64,000 nt of DNA, from assembly GCA_036785375.1 (NCBI GenBank), contig JAWMAR010000086.1, positions 7,378,001 to 7,442,000 of the forward strand, read 5' to 3'. Source of the DNA: Leucoraja ocellata. Its lineage: Eukaryota. How positions within the stretch are numbered: position 1 is the first letter of the stretch; each line of letters opens with the position of its first letter. The notes under the pieces were generated by a model. The model saw only the letters and a list, made by a program, of their open reading frames with translations, did not search any database and was not told where the DNA came from. Shown here one piece after another: positions 52,606 through 64,000 of the stretch. A program made the translations under genes and the position numbers.

Positions 52606-53400
52606 GATTCAAGATTCAAGAGACATTTATTGTCACATGTAGCAATTGGTACAGTAAAATTTGGGGTCACCATACCGCCATACGAATAAAAAAGAACACA
52701 GAACACGATAGTCTTTAACATAAACATCCCCACACAGCAGAATCAATGTTTCCCACTGTGAGGGAAGGCCCAAAGTTTAGTCATCCTCCTCTTTGATGTT
52801 CACCCATAATTGGGACCTCCAGAGCCCCCGCAATCGCCGCTATGGGCGGCCCGATGTTCAGGCCCACTCGCCAGGATGATGGAACCCTGATGTCGGAAAG
52901 GAAGAACACCCTCAGCAGCTTGGACTTCCGAATCAGCCCCTTCCTGCCGGAGACCGCGGCTCCCGAAGTCCACAGGCAGAGCTGGGCGGGGATTCACGCT
53001 GGCGGATCTCGGCAAAGGGATCCCAGGACTCTGCGACGTTGAAGTCAGCGCCACCCGCGCGGCTGAGCTCTGCAAACCACATCACCACGATGTTGAAGCA
53101 GCAGGCCCAACACTCCGGAGCTTCAAGCGGTGATCCAGACAAGGCATCGCCCGCTCCGCGGTGAATCCAGTGCTGCTGAAGCTCTGGCCGGTCTCTGGTC
53201 TCCGGCAGGAAAGGCCGCGCCAATCCAGATGGTAGGCCACGGGGGGGGGGGGCGAAGATGCGACTCGGAGAATAGTCACATCCTCGCCAGGAAGTGACTG
53301 GAAAACGGTTTCCCCCTTACCCTACCCACCTCCCCCACATAAAAAGACTAGGAAACTCCAACACATACTTTTTTAAACAGATTAAAAATAACTAAAAAGA
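52606..53400 (-). mobile_element. GC-rich non-autonomous retroelement related to 3139-3913, with a (TTGAATC)n tail
   Basis: The minus strand ends ctgtaccaattgctacatgtgacaataaatgtctcttgaatcttgaatc. It shares the blocks gccttccctcacagtg and gggaaaccgttttccagtcacttcct..gatgtgact with the 3.1-kb element. Confidence 0.75.
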
Positions 53401-54809
53401 TGGAGGACATATTATAGGGACAGAATAGAGCAAAACTAAAAGCACATGATATATACAAGACAGGAAAATTTTAAGCATCTGCCCTTGCTCGAGACACCGT
53501 ATCTGATGAAGACCTAGTAGCTGCAGACCAGTTTATTTTTTTACTGATGAGGAAAGTTCTAGTAACAGTCATCAGTACAAATGTAGACAAATTAGTGAAA
53601 GACCAATTGTTAAAGGAAAGTTGTGCTTATCTAACCAACAACAGAATATATTTTATGAATTAACATGCAAGATGAGTGAGGGAAAAGTGGCTGATGTGGG
53701 GAATTTCCGTCCCATAAAATGTAACCTAATATATTTGTCACCAGGTTTGAAGACCAAGGAACAAATGGGGCTGTACTGCACGAATGGAAAATTGGGTAAG
53801 AAACAGTAATAAATCAAAGCCCATTTTAAAAGTCTAGAAACAAATAAGTTATGATGCATTTTTAGAAAACACTATTTTGATCACAAATAGAGTACAGTAT
53901 CTAATCTGGGAAACACACATTATGAAAAATCCAATGAATCTGGATACTATACAAATGAGATTTACTGAAATGATTCTAAAGACGGAGACATCAGTTGTGC
54001 GGACAGACAAGAAGAATTGCTCTCATGAAACAAAAGAGAATGCGTTATGGGCATTTAAAATCATGCAGGTTTAGACAAAGTGACAGCAAATGCAGCATAG
54101 GTATGGGTGTGTGGGAGGAAGGAGGGTGGAGGGGGAGTGGGGGGGGGGGGGGGGAAAGAAACTGACTTTCATAAACAAAAGAAAAAGGAATGCAATTTTA
54201 GCCTAGCCAGAAACAAAAAAGTAAGAACTTCTATAAATGGGGAAAGGAAAAGTATAATTTAATGAGGTTCCTTAAAGGTATAATTATGTATTATAATTAT
54301 AATAAAAGTTTAATTATGTAACTAAATCTGGAAATAAGAAGAAACATTATTGGAGAAATTAAGAGCACTGAAAACATAAATTACTAATTCTGCATCCCAC
54401 TCCATAATTATCCTATCCGCCTGTGGCCTTCTGCACTTTTATAACGCCCAATGTAGGTTCAAGAAACTTCGTCCACCTGTTCATGTCGCAGCCACGAATT
54501 CCATGTTGATTTTTACAATTAATGTCTGTTAACTTGCTTTCACCAAACTTTCACCTTAATAGGCCAGGTTATCCAGCTGTGCTAGTGGCAAAGTTTTTCA
54601 CTCATAAGCATCCCTGCATCTCAATCTTGTGTTCCATTGCCCGAGTTCTCATTCTCAAACCACTCGCCTATCACATGATCTATGAACAAAGGCTGGCATT
54701 AACCCACTGACAGATCATCTCATCTATAACTTATCTCCACTGCAACCATGGTCTCACCCCATCAAAGCAGTTCCACTTGTCCTATCCATTATCTAGCTAT
54801 TCGTCAGCT

Positions 54810-55000
54810 AGTGTGGTCCTCACTTCCCAACTACGTCATTGGAGTTCTTTGAACTATCTTTAATTGGATGATCTTGCACTGAACATTGTATCCTTTTTCT
54901 GTGCACCGTGGATGGCTTGATTGTAATCATGCATTCTTTTCTTTGACTGGATAGCACGCAATCAAAAGCGTTTCACTGTACGTGATAATAATAAAGTAAA
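54810..55000 (+). repeat. Rex1/Babar 3' UTR tail fragment
   Basis: cattggag...gaactatctttaattgga...gtggatggcttgattgtaatcatg...tttcactgtacgtgataataataaa parallels 20385-20560. Confidence 0.8.
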
Positions 55001-56521
55001 CGTTCCCACACCTAGTGCCTTGATCGCAATTTCAGTTCACTCTTCGCCAGTTTTGTCAGTCTTCCACCTAAAACGCAAACTCTTTCTCTTTCCGCAAATG
55101 CTGCCTCACCCGTTTAGCAAGTCCGACATTTAAAATTTAATATTTTGAGCATTTGCACTTTTAACTTTCACTTACAATTCATTTTATATTGTGTACAATT
55201 TAAAATTAATGTATTTCACCCGATCTAGCTTTTAACTTTGGTTTAAAAGCAAACAAATTACTTGCTAATATTAAGATGCAGTTAAACATTACTTCCAATT
55301 TAAATACAAACATTCTATTGCAATTATATGACAGCAAAGTTATGATTAGGATTTGATAGTAATCAGCATTTTTCTAATTGAAATACATACAATGGAGAAT
55401 AAACCACTTCAGAGCTCTTTGGCTTATAATGTTTTGTCATTCATGAAAGATGGCGCAAAATGCCATGAATTAAACCAGACAGATGTTACTAGGCAATGGT
55501 ATCCTCAACAATGCTGACTGTAAAATAATTTCAAATTCCTCCACCAGTGACACATTATGCCAGGAACTTCAATCAAAGAAGCAGATGCATTGGAGAAAAT
55601 GGAATTATGAAATGATTATTGAAGTAATTTGGGATACAAATTAGCTACCAGTGCCAGAGATCATAATAGATTTGAATACTGTTAAATATTAAGTTATAAC
55701 TTAATGAACAAGCATTCCATTTTCAGTATTTCCCACTGTGTGGTCAATGTATAAAAAGTTGTCGTGTCAAATCAATATTTCTGCGCTGATTCAATAGGGC
55801 ATAGTTGCAAGTGCACGCAATAGAGAAATGGGTTCATTCTGTATCATCTTGCCAACTTTAATACTCTGTGTAGGGGTCAACAGAAGTCAGCATTAGTTTC
55901 ATAGTTGACAACTTTCACTGTCATTCCAACTACGAAGTCTAGACCATTTAATAACGTAAAGTTCCCAGCATCCAAGCAGAACCAAAGTTATCAATTGGAC
56001 CAAATTGTTCTGAAAACTAAAATTTAGCAAAATTTGAGATAAATCACATTAAGTATAGGACTGCAATTCTGCAGCAGCAGTTCTCAAAAACAAATATATC
56101 AAAAGGGATATTCTTGGCAACCTCAAAAATATTTTCAGTGTGTTTACTGAATGTTATTTTAAATTCAAAGCAAACAAAGTTAAGATAAAATGTTAAAAGA
56201 TTGTCATAACTTAAAGGGTTCAATTAAATTTGCTGATATAGAGAACAAGTGTTTTCGAAAATAAAATATACATTTCATTCACTATCTCACAGGAGGGGAT
56301 GAAAAAATGCTTGTATTTCAATATTTCAGGATTAAGTGACAACACTAATGTCCATAAGGAAAACCAAACATATTTATATCGTCTCTCATTACAGTACATC
56401 CAGTGACTATAAGGAGTGAGGACTTCCCAATTTCTGCAGGTTCATTTACTGCCATCCCCAAGATACTTTCAAGTATGAAATTCATCAGTTATCGGTACTG
56501 GCACAGGACGGGGTAATTTAC

Positions 56522-56628
56522 CTGAATGCCATCAAGTAATTTGCTCATGCACCAGAAACTATCAGCTTCAATATTCTGCAACACTTCATCAGGCAAACTG
56601 GAAACGTCAAAATTTTCCACCTCTCCTT
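56522..56628 (-). CDS. TBC1D22A: TBC1 domain family member 22 (Rab-GAP) internal coding exon, 107 nt: (E)GEVENFDVSSLPDEVLQNIEADSFWCMSKLLDGIQ
   Basis: Manual minus-strand translation. Acceptor ttccccctgcAG and donor CAG|GTaaat. IEADSFWCMSKLLDGIQ is a conserved TBC1D22 segment. Ends in phase 0, matching the next exon. Not in the ORF track. Confidence 0.93.
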
Positions 56629-57045
56629 CTGCAGGGGGAAAACAAAAAACATTAACATAACCATGAGCTGAGGGAGTTTATGAGAATGATATGCACATGA
56701 AATTCAACAGATATTCCCTTCATAAAATTATTGAACTGCCAAATTGTCCCACGTTATTTAATTCAAGTGGTAGCATTTTAATAGCAGAGCAAATAGTACA
56801 ATGTATTTTGAAGTTAAGAGTTAGTGATGTAGCACAGATAAAGGCCCTTTGACTCACTGTCTACACTGACCATCAAGCACCCATTTCAACTAATACATTG
56901 CATTTTATTCTCACCTCATTCCCATCTCCCATATTTTAATCACTTACCTGCACACTAACAGCAATATTTTAGTATCCAAGTAATCTACATATACATCATG
57001 GGGCGTGAAACAAAACTGGAGCACATTGAGAAAACCAATGTGGTC

Positions 57046-57345
57046 GAAGATGGATACAAAATGCTGGAGTAACTCAGCAGGACAGGCAGCATCGCTGGAG
57101 AGAAGGAATGGGTGATGTTTCAGACCAGTCTGAAGAAGAGTCTCGACCCGAAACATCATCAATCCTTTCTCTCCAGAGATGCTACCTGTCCCATTGAGTT
57201 AAGGGGTCGACCATGCTGTGAGTATGAATCGAGGGCAAACTCGCCCGAACTCGCGGATTAGGTCGCCCAAGTGGGACAGGTCCTTTACTCCAGCATTTTG
57301 TGTCTATCTTCGCTTTACATCAGCATATGCAGTTCCTTTCTACAC
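57046..57345. mobile_element. Fold-back hammerhead-family element with a near-intact core at 57130-57157
   Basis: Inverted arms gaagatggatacaaaatgctggagtaactca / tgagtta..ctccagcattttgtgtctatcttc. Core CTGAAGAagagtctcgacccGAAAcatc. Imperfect 14-bp duplication aaaccaatgtggtc / aagccaatgtagtc. Confidence 0.88.
57202..57284. mobile_element. 83-bp deleted PIF/Harbinger MITE
   Basis: Right TIR caagtgggacaggtcct. The left end retains only aggg. TTA is duplicated at 57199-57201 and 57285-57287. Confidence 0.8.
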
Positions 57346-58563
57346 AAGCCAATGTAGTCACTGGGTGAACATGCCAACTGAACACAGACAGCAGCAGAGG
57401 CCAGGACTAAACCCAGGGTATGAAAGGTGCTTGGTGGTGTGTGGGGCCACAATGGGCCAAGGGGCTTGTTAACATACTCTATGATTCTATAATCTTCAAC
57501 TTTACGAATTCAGAATACAAATCATGTTGCTTAACCAGACTATGTACACTTCAAGAGTATTGCATTGGCTTTGGCATATCCTGCAGTTGTAAAAAGATAC
57601 AATACAAACCCATTTTTTTTTTTGCAATCTGTCATCACAATTTATCTCCAAATTCTCAAGCTGTATCACACTTCTATGTCAGTGCATCCTCCCTGAAATT
57701 CGACACGATAAGTCAGACTATGTAATCAAGCTGGCATCTAACCAAGGCTCACTGTTGCTCATGATGTGACCTCTTCTACATTGAAGAAACAAAATGTAAT
57801 GTCACTCCTACCTTGACCTCACACAATAGTTTCCAGTGTCCAAAGAGGGTCAACACAAGTCTGATGAACTTTGTCTACCAATATTTGACAATTCCCTTTT
57901 GCTGTTAGCGTCAGAGCTGGGCACTTCGCTGCATGTTTAACATCTGTAATATTAACTATCCACAGGTTCTCCCTGATCTGTTGGCATTTCTCCCCTACTC
58001 CTTCTCTCATTAATCTATCAACCAGACAGCTTTGAGAACAGTGTATTACTGAAATAAGCTTAGCCTCGCCCTTTAGCAGAAGTCATTTGATTTATTCATC
58101 CTTCCTTTCCCCACTCTGCAACTTGAGGTTTACTTGTTTTTTCAATATTGCACGATTGATGAAGGAACTTCGAACAGAGATAAAACCCATTTCTCTTTAC
58201 ACAGATGCTGCCTGACTGCTTACAGTATTTTCTATTTTTATTTCACATTCCAGAAATTTCAGTTTGTTCATTTTAATTTTCTAACCTGGGCTTTATTCAA
58301 ATATTGTATCATTTGTTCCAATTAGTATTTCAAGGCCCTTGGGAGGTAGGCAAACATTTCATCGGCCTCTGTGATTAAGCATATAACTGTATCGCCACTT
58401 GGTGAAATTTGTGTATAATGATAACCAAAACATCCTCCACTGTAGGCCACCAGTACTCAAATGAAATCTGAATGATTATTTTGTCGGGGTGGGTGCATTC
58501 ATATTTCCCAACAATGAACATCATCAGCCCAGATTTTAGGGGGCTTATTCTGATCCTTTACAT

Positions 58564-59266
58564 TGAAACATAGAAAATAGGTGTAGGAGCAGGCCATTCG
58601 GCCTGCAGTATCCTGTACCTGCCTTCTCTCCATACCCCCTGATCCCTTTAGCCACAAGGGCCACATCTAACTCCCTCTTAAATATAGCCAATGAACTGGC
58701 CTCAACTACCTTCTGCGGCAGAGAATTCCAGAGATTCACCACACTCTGTGTGAAAAAGGTTTTCCACATCTCTGTCCTAAAAGATTTCCCCCTTATCCTT
58801 AAACTGTGACCCCTTGTTCTGGACTTCCCCAACATCGGGAACAATCTTCCTGCATCTAGGCTGTCCAACCCCTTAAGAATTTTGTAAGTTTCTATAAGAT
58901 CCCCCCTCAATCTTCTAAATGCTAGCGAGTACAAACCGAGTCTATCCAGTCTTTCTTCATATGAAAGTCCTGACATCCCAGGAATTAGTCTGGTGAACCT
59001 TCTCTGTACTCCCTCTATGGCAAGAATGTATTTCCTCAGATTAGGAGACCAAAACTGAACGCGATACTCCAGGTGTGGTCTCACCAAGACCCTGTACAAC
59101 TGCAGTAGAACCTCCCTGCTCCTATACTCAAATCCTTTTGCTATGAATGCTAACATACCATTCGCCTTCTTCACTGCCTGCTGCACCTGCATGCCTACTT
59201 TTAATGACTGGTGTACCATGACACCGAGGTCTCGTTGCATCTCCCCCTTTCCTAATCGGCCACCAC
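58564..59266 (-). mobile_element. Young 5'-truncated CR1 LINE with an uninterrupted RT C-terminus
   Basis: ORF 58545..59240(-) reads QRDLGV..KKANGMLAFI..LVRPHLEY.VQFWSP..RLRGDLIETYKILKG..TRGHSLRI. The tail is ttctatgtttcaatg. Confidence 0.95.
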
Positions 59267-62200
59267 TTTATAAATGCTTCTTTACATAACTTTTTCTGCA
59301 ACTACATTTGATAAAATTATGAGCCTATTTTCCCTCCCATCCTTCAAACCTAGAATTCGAGAATCAACAGTGAAACTTTGCTCTTTTTATCTCTTGAAAA
59401 AATGATTTGCCTATTTTCAATAGATAAGTAACCTAAAGGCAATCGATGAATAACCAAAAGGATTTGGGGAAACGTGCAGTTAGAATCAGAATGTAAAGCT
59501 GTAATAATCAAATGCTGAATGAAACCTAGCGATTGTTATAATGCTGAGATCATAGAAGTGAAATCAATTATTTATTGTAACTGACATTCTTGTCTGAAAA
59601 ACAAGTTCAACATTCTCTGAACCTCACCATCAAAAGCACTTCCTGAAAAATAGGTCACCAGCACAAAGGAATTAACAGCAAAGGTGATGGCCATTTGGTA
59701 GGTAAAGAAAGAAATGGAAATAACCAAGCATGGATTCAAACAGAATTTAAAATTTTAAAAGATCGTGGTACAATTTGATGTCAACTTTCAGTCCTGTGCC
59801 ATGATTTACATTGAGAACATACATCCTCAAGATATCATCTTGCACAATTTGGAAGGGCACATGCAATGAAGTATGTGTCTACGATCAAAGTATCACCATC
59901 AAAAGGGCAACGTTTTCAAAACGGCAGAATGGTAACATACATCTTTATTTTGTCCAAAATGATCCATAACCAGTTTTAATGTATTGATAGCTGTGCAAAA
60001 TTAAGCATGACACTCAGCAAGTCATTTACTTATTATATCTTGAGAACTTCCAATATTCTGCTGAATTTCCAGAGTATATTTTTTCATGCTCCTTTCAAAA
60101 ATCACTTGCATATTACTGTTAGATATTAACAATAATGGGGAATAATAATGGTACTGCATCCACCTTGACAGCATTTCCTCAGCCAGCAGAATGGCATCAC
60201 GTCATGACCAATTTCAAGTTCTTTCAGGTGCCTCGCAAAAGGATCAGTTAAATGTGGCCTATTACATTTCGACAAGTAAAAATCCAGAGTAAATTTAGGG
60301 CTAGACAGAGAAAAGGTATAACTTTGCTTCATTGGCAACACCATGTCTTATTTCAATGTAAACAATTTCCACAATTAATCGAATAAACCAAGAACATTTA
60401 ACAAAAAAAGCTTCAATAGCTAATTACATTTATATTTCATGAGACAATAAACAGATCAGAATGCTAGAAAATCCCAGATCAAACCCCTGTGCTCAAACAT
60501 TGCACTCCTGCAGCAAAGCACCAGCTTCTCTATGAAGCCAGCAGTCACACTAGGGAATTTGTCTTCTGAATCTGCATTAGATTATACCCGTTTTGAACTT
60601 GAAGGGATGGTAAAGGCTGCTAGGCCAAATTTATATTTGTTAAAAAATGGTGAAGTTTGCTTTATTGCTTTTTTTTTTAAATCAACTAATTTTATATTAT
60701 TAAGAAACAAATAAACAATTAAAATGGCGACTGCAAATTATCCCCGGTGTTTAGGTAATTGATAGAATCCAGGAGTTGGAGATTGGGCAAAAAAAAGTTA
60801 CAGGGAAACTAGGGAGAGAATAGGATTATTCTATGAACAGGCGTAAACAGATATGGATTAGGGATTCCATTTATGAACTCTACCAATACATTATGGCAAC
60901 ATTAATATAGTGATGCCTTTAATAGCAGCTCATTAACACAGAACAAGTTGGTCCATATTTCCAGGAAATAACAATGAATGGAAAAAAAAAAAAATGATAG
61001 AATATTTAGTCCTATTTTCATTTGTGGGGTTTTCCAAATACACTCCTGAAAAGTTTTAACTCCTACTAATTGACCATTCCTCCTTGGCATTGAATCTTTA
61101 ATAAGCAGAAACAGTTTATCTATATCAATAACTTTAAAATTCTAAATTTGAAATCAAATTTGACAAAACATAAAATTAATCCATGCATAATTTACAAATA
61201 TCTATAAAAATCATTACAGTGAGAGAGCATATTTTAATTACACATTACGTTGGTTCCTTCATGAAAATAATCATGGTAAGAAATATGCTGTTGAACGTAC
61301 TGCAAAAATCCCTGACATTACAAAACCTATCAGAATGGTTGGTACTGTCCCAATAAAGGCAAATATTAAACAACTAAATTACCAAAATGCAAATAAAGAC
61401 ATGCTATAACATGTTATTTTGATAATTTAAATTGATAAACGTTACATTTTCCTCAAGTCGTTTGAGAAAGTCTTATTCAAGTATTCATATGCTGAGCGAA
61501 ACAATGCGATCCATGCTGTGATTTATTTGCTTTGTTACAAAGTCTGACTGCTAAAGATTAATTTTCATGTAGCTTTTCTGTACTTGAAGGGATCATTTCC
61601 CTGGGGTAGACACTATTTAATGACAAGTGCTGCAACTAATTACCCACATCTCATCAGCAAAGCCTATATAATTAGAAAAATTATCATGCTGACCTCATAT
61701 ACAACTATTGAATAGCATTAGTGACTTTATACTGAAGCACTATCTTGACTGTGGTCTTGGAAATAAAACATGACAACAAATACGCTACAGTTGAAGTCTA
61801 CAGTCCTAAATTTTAAAGTATTTATTACAACTCATCGTTCTCACATAACGATGAGAAATCGGATATGTATTGCGCAAGTTGATTAAAATAAAGGTCGGGT
61901 GATGACGTTAAATTAACAAGAAACACTCTTATTTCTTTAATTCATAAACGCATTTTACCACAGTCACAACATACAAGTGTAAAATCCAGCGAGTACAAGT
62001 CCATGTAAAAAAAGCCACACGGGCATATACCAGCACACCAAAAAAATTAATTAGGCACTAGAATGGTTTCCATTTGATTTATCCGAATCCGAAGGACTCA
62101 CAAATGGGCTGATTTATGTAATTATACTGCATAGTACAATTCTGGTGTTTCTTCTACTAACCTACAAGAGTATCAGCATTATGATTATTTCAGACACACT

Positions 62201-64000
62201 TGGGGTATTGCGGTCCTCTTCAGGATAGTTTCAAAAAGGTGATCATAAAGCTCTAAATTGTAGTATATCAAATGAAATGGGTTTATTTTCCTTTGGTTTT
62301 CAGACATTTAATTATCTTTTGATTATCTCTGTTTTTCCTCACAGGTTTACTACATATGACAGAGACACATGACATTAAGGAGAAAGTCTTATGTTTATCA
62401 TCCAATCACTGAATTATATATAGTTGATTTCTGCTCCAAATAACTCATGTAAAAGCCATGTTCTTTTTGCAAAAGGTCATGATGTAGCACTGTGGAAGTG
62501 ATCAATATACATCACATTTTTACAATCAAATAGAACATACTGTATAACACAATAATATTAAATCTTTCAACATCTTTTTTTAAGCCTATTTTACATTAAT
62601 GAAATGAGTTTGCGGAGATTACTAACTTCAAACTAATATCATTGCATGCTTGAAAAATATAACCAACAAATTACAAATATTCTAATTATACTCATTATTA
62701 TATTAAATTTAATGATATAAATTCTAATTATACTCATTGAATAAAAAGTTAATGAAATTACTTGCCACAACTAGCTACACAGATTCTTGGTGCTGTACTC
62801 ATCAATAGCTCCACCAGAGGGTGCTCATGGAAGACTATTTCTGGAGAAGCTACAAAGAAATTACAGCAACATGCTCAATTTTACAGGATTAATAAAAGTG
62901 CAAATACTAGCAAAAAACTAATGATAAAAATAACTTTCCGTCCGAAAATTCAGTTGTACAAAATGGAAATATCTTAAATTCTACAAATGTTAAGTGCAGT
63001 AAAATATATATTTCTTACTGGACACTATTGCTGCTTAATCCAAACCGTCATTGGTTTGTTAAGAAGTGATTATCTAAACATTGAACACACTTATAAATCT
63101 AAAAATGTTTTTACATACATTTTGCATGTACTTTTACACTACCTGTTGTACTTGTGTATGGCTTGATTGTACTTTGACTAATAAGTTTTTCACTGTACAT
63201 GTGACAAAATCAATAACATGTGACAATATAAATTTTAATGGAAAAAGCAAGGAAAGAGATAAGAAATAAACCATCATGGGAGCGAGGGACTAACATCGAA
63301 TAAATGAAAACATCAGACATTTCAACATTAATTAACAGACTACTCTTAAAGAACATTCAATACAGAATAATATTGTAGGATGTTTGGACTGACATAACAA
63401 TAGAGTTCTTGCCAACACTGGAAGAAAGAGAGGGATAGCTAAAAGCAAAGTCAAAGAAATGCTCTTTGAAGCTGTTAATAAACAAGGAGTGAGGAACTTG
63501 AAGGCCATAACGGATCAAACCGTTATGGAGATGGAATTCCAGAGAAGTTACAAGATATTTTGAGAAGTTGTTTGTGTTGATATTTAAATAGATAAGTCTA
63601 AATAAAAATATGAATCCCCGAACGCTTGATGAGTATACAAAGCAGCAAATGTATCAACAAGCCAAACAGAATGGAAAGATAGTAGATGTAATTGCAGAAC
63701 CGGAGAAAGTTAAGTGAACAAAACTGAATCTTAACTGGGACATTTACAGGTTGCTCTTGAAACACATTGGGAAAATGTTGCCAGCAATCCTGACCCAACT
63801 CATCATTGACTGATCTGAGAAAACTGGCATACACAGAAACAAGTGACAATATAATTGGGTATTGGCATGATGGGGTAATGACCCACTACCATATATGACA
63901 AACTTTACTCGTTACAACTCAAAGACGTTGTTACTAATATCCGTGAGTAGAGTGGAAAGGGTTAAGCAGTGTCAGTGATAGCTCGACAGTCGCATCTACA

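Larger units (their letters stand above)
56830..57420 (-). mobile_element. V-SINE (HE1-like) remnant interrupted by a hammerhead-family element
   Basis: cctgcacacta..gcaat, aaactggagcac..gagaaaacc and cacagacagca..gaggccaggactaaacccagg parallel the SINE at 32993-33191. Confidence 0.65.

Noticed and set aside
52800-53279. Cluster of short ORFs / possible CpG-island promoter
   Set aside because: Explained by the non-autonomous retroelement at 52606-53400.
53500-53530. Isolated CTGATGA heptamers (also near 4875, 7517, 32037) as hammerheads or snoRNA boxes
   Set aside because: No helix II followed by GAAAC-NUH, and no convincing C/D box pair with a terminal stem.
54105-54155. G-rich tract as a functional G-quadruplex
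   Set aside because: A simple poly-G low-complexity run with no supporting context.
56629-64000. Upstream TBC1D22 exon carrying the GYVQG glutamine finger
   Set aside because: No matching sequence seen; it is probably right of the window.
63290-64000. Possible ancient L2 remnant
   Set aside because: Only a short motif (ggagatggaattccagag) is suggestive; no protein motif was recoverable.
1-64000. CRISPR arrays, operons, rRNA or tRNA genes
   Set aside because: This is eukaryotic intronic DNA with no regularly spaced repeat-spacer array. The only tRNA-like boxes belong to SINE heads.

Overview
AT-rich vertebrate genomic DNA, not prokaryotic. The repeat content (CR1, Rex1/Babar, V-SINE/HE1-like SINEs, Penelope-like remnants) suggests a cartilaginous fish such as a skate; this is inference. 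The whole window lies inside a minus-strand Rab-GAP gene of the TBC1D22 family, most likely TBC1D22A. Four consecutive coding exons (56522-56628, 51173-51248, 30191-30318, 11723-11818) have GT-AG boundaries and splice in frame. I did not find the preceding exon or the terminal exon in the window. The rest is intron, densely filled with transposon relics: CR1 and Rex1/Babar LINE pieces, degenerate Penelope-like elements, an IR/DR-type Tc1 element, three PIF/Harbinger MITEs, a probable hAT MITE and a TIR element with an AT target duplication (ISL2EU-like). The most notable signal is a family of short, often fold-back repeats, about 15 copies or fragments, several with 10-17 bp target duplications. 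Their centre matches a minimal hammerhead-ribozyme core (CUGAnGA-A-stem-GAAACGUH) of the Penelope type, and one intact core lies sense to the host pre-mRNA. A second signal is a pair of ORF-less GC-rich elements sharing a structure-conserved 3' stem-loop with Rex1/Babar LINEs. Apart from the TBC1D22 exons and TE fragments, the supplied ORFs look spurious. Boundaries of degenerate repeats are approximate, and all calls were made by eye without database searches.
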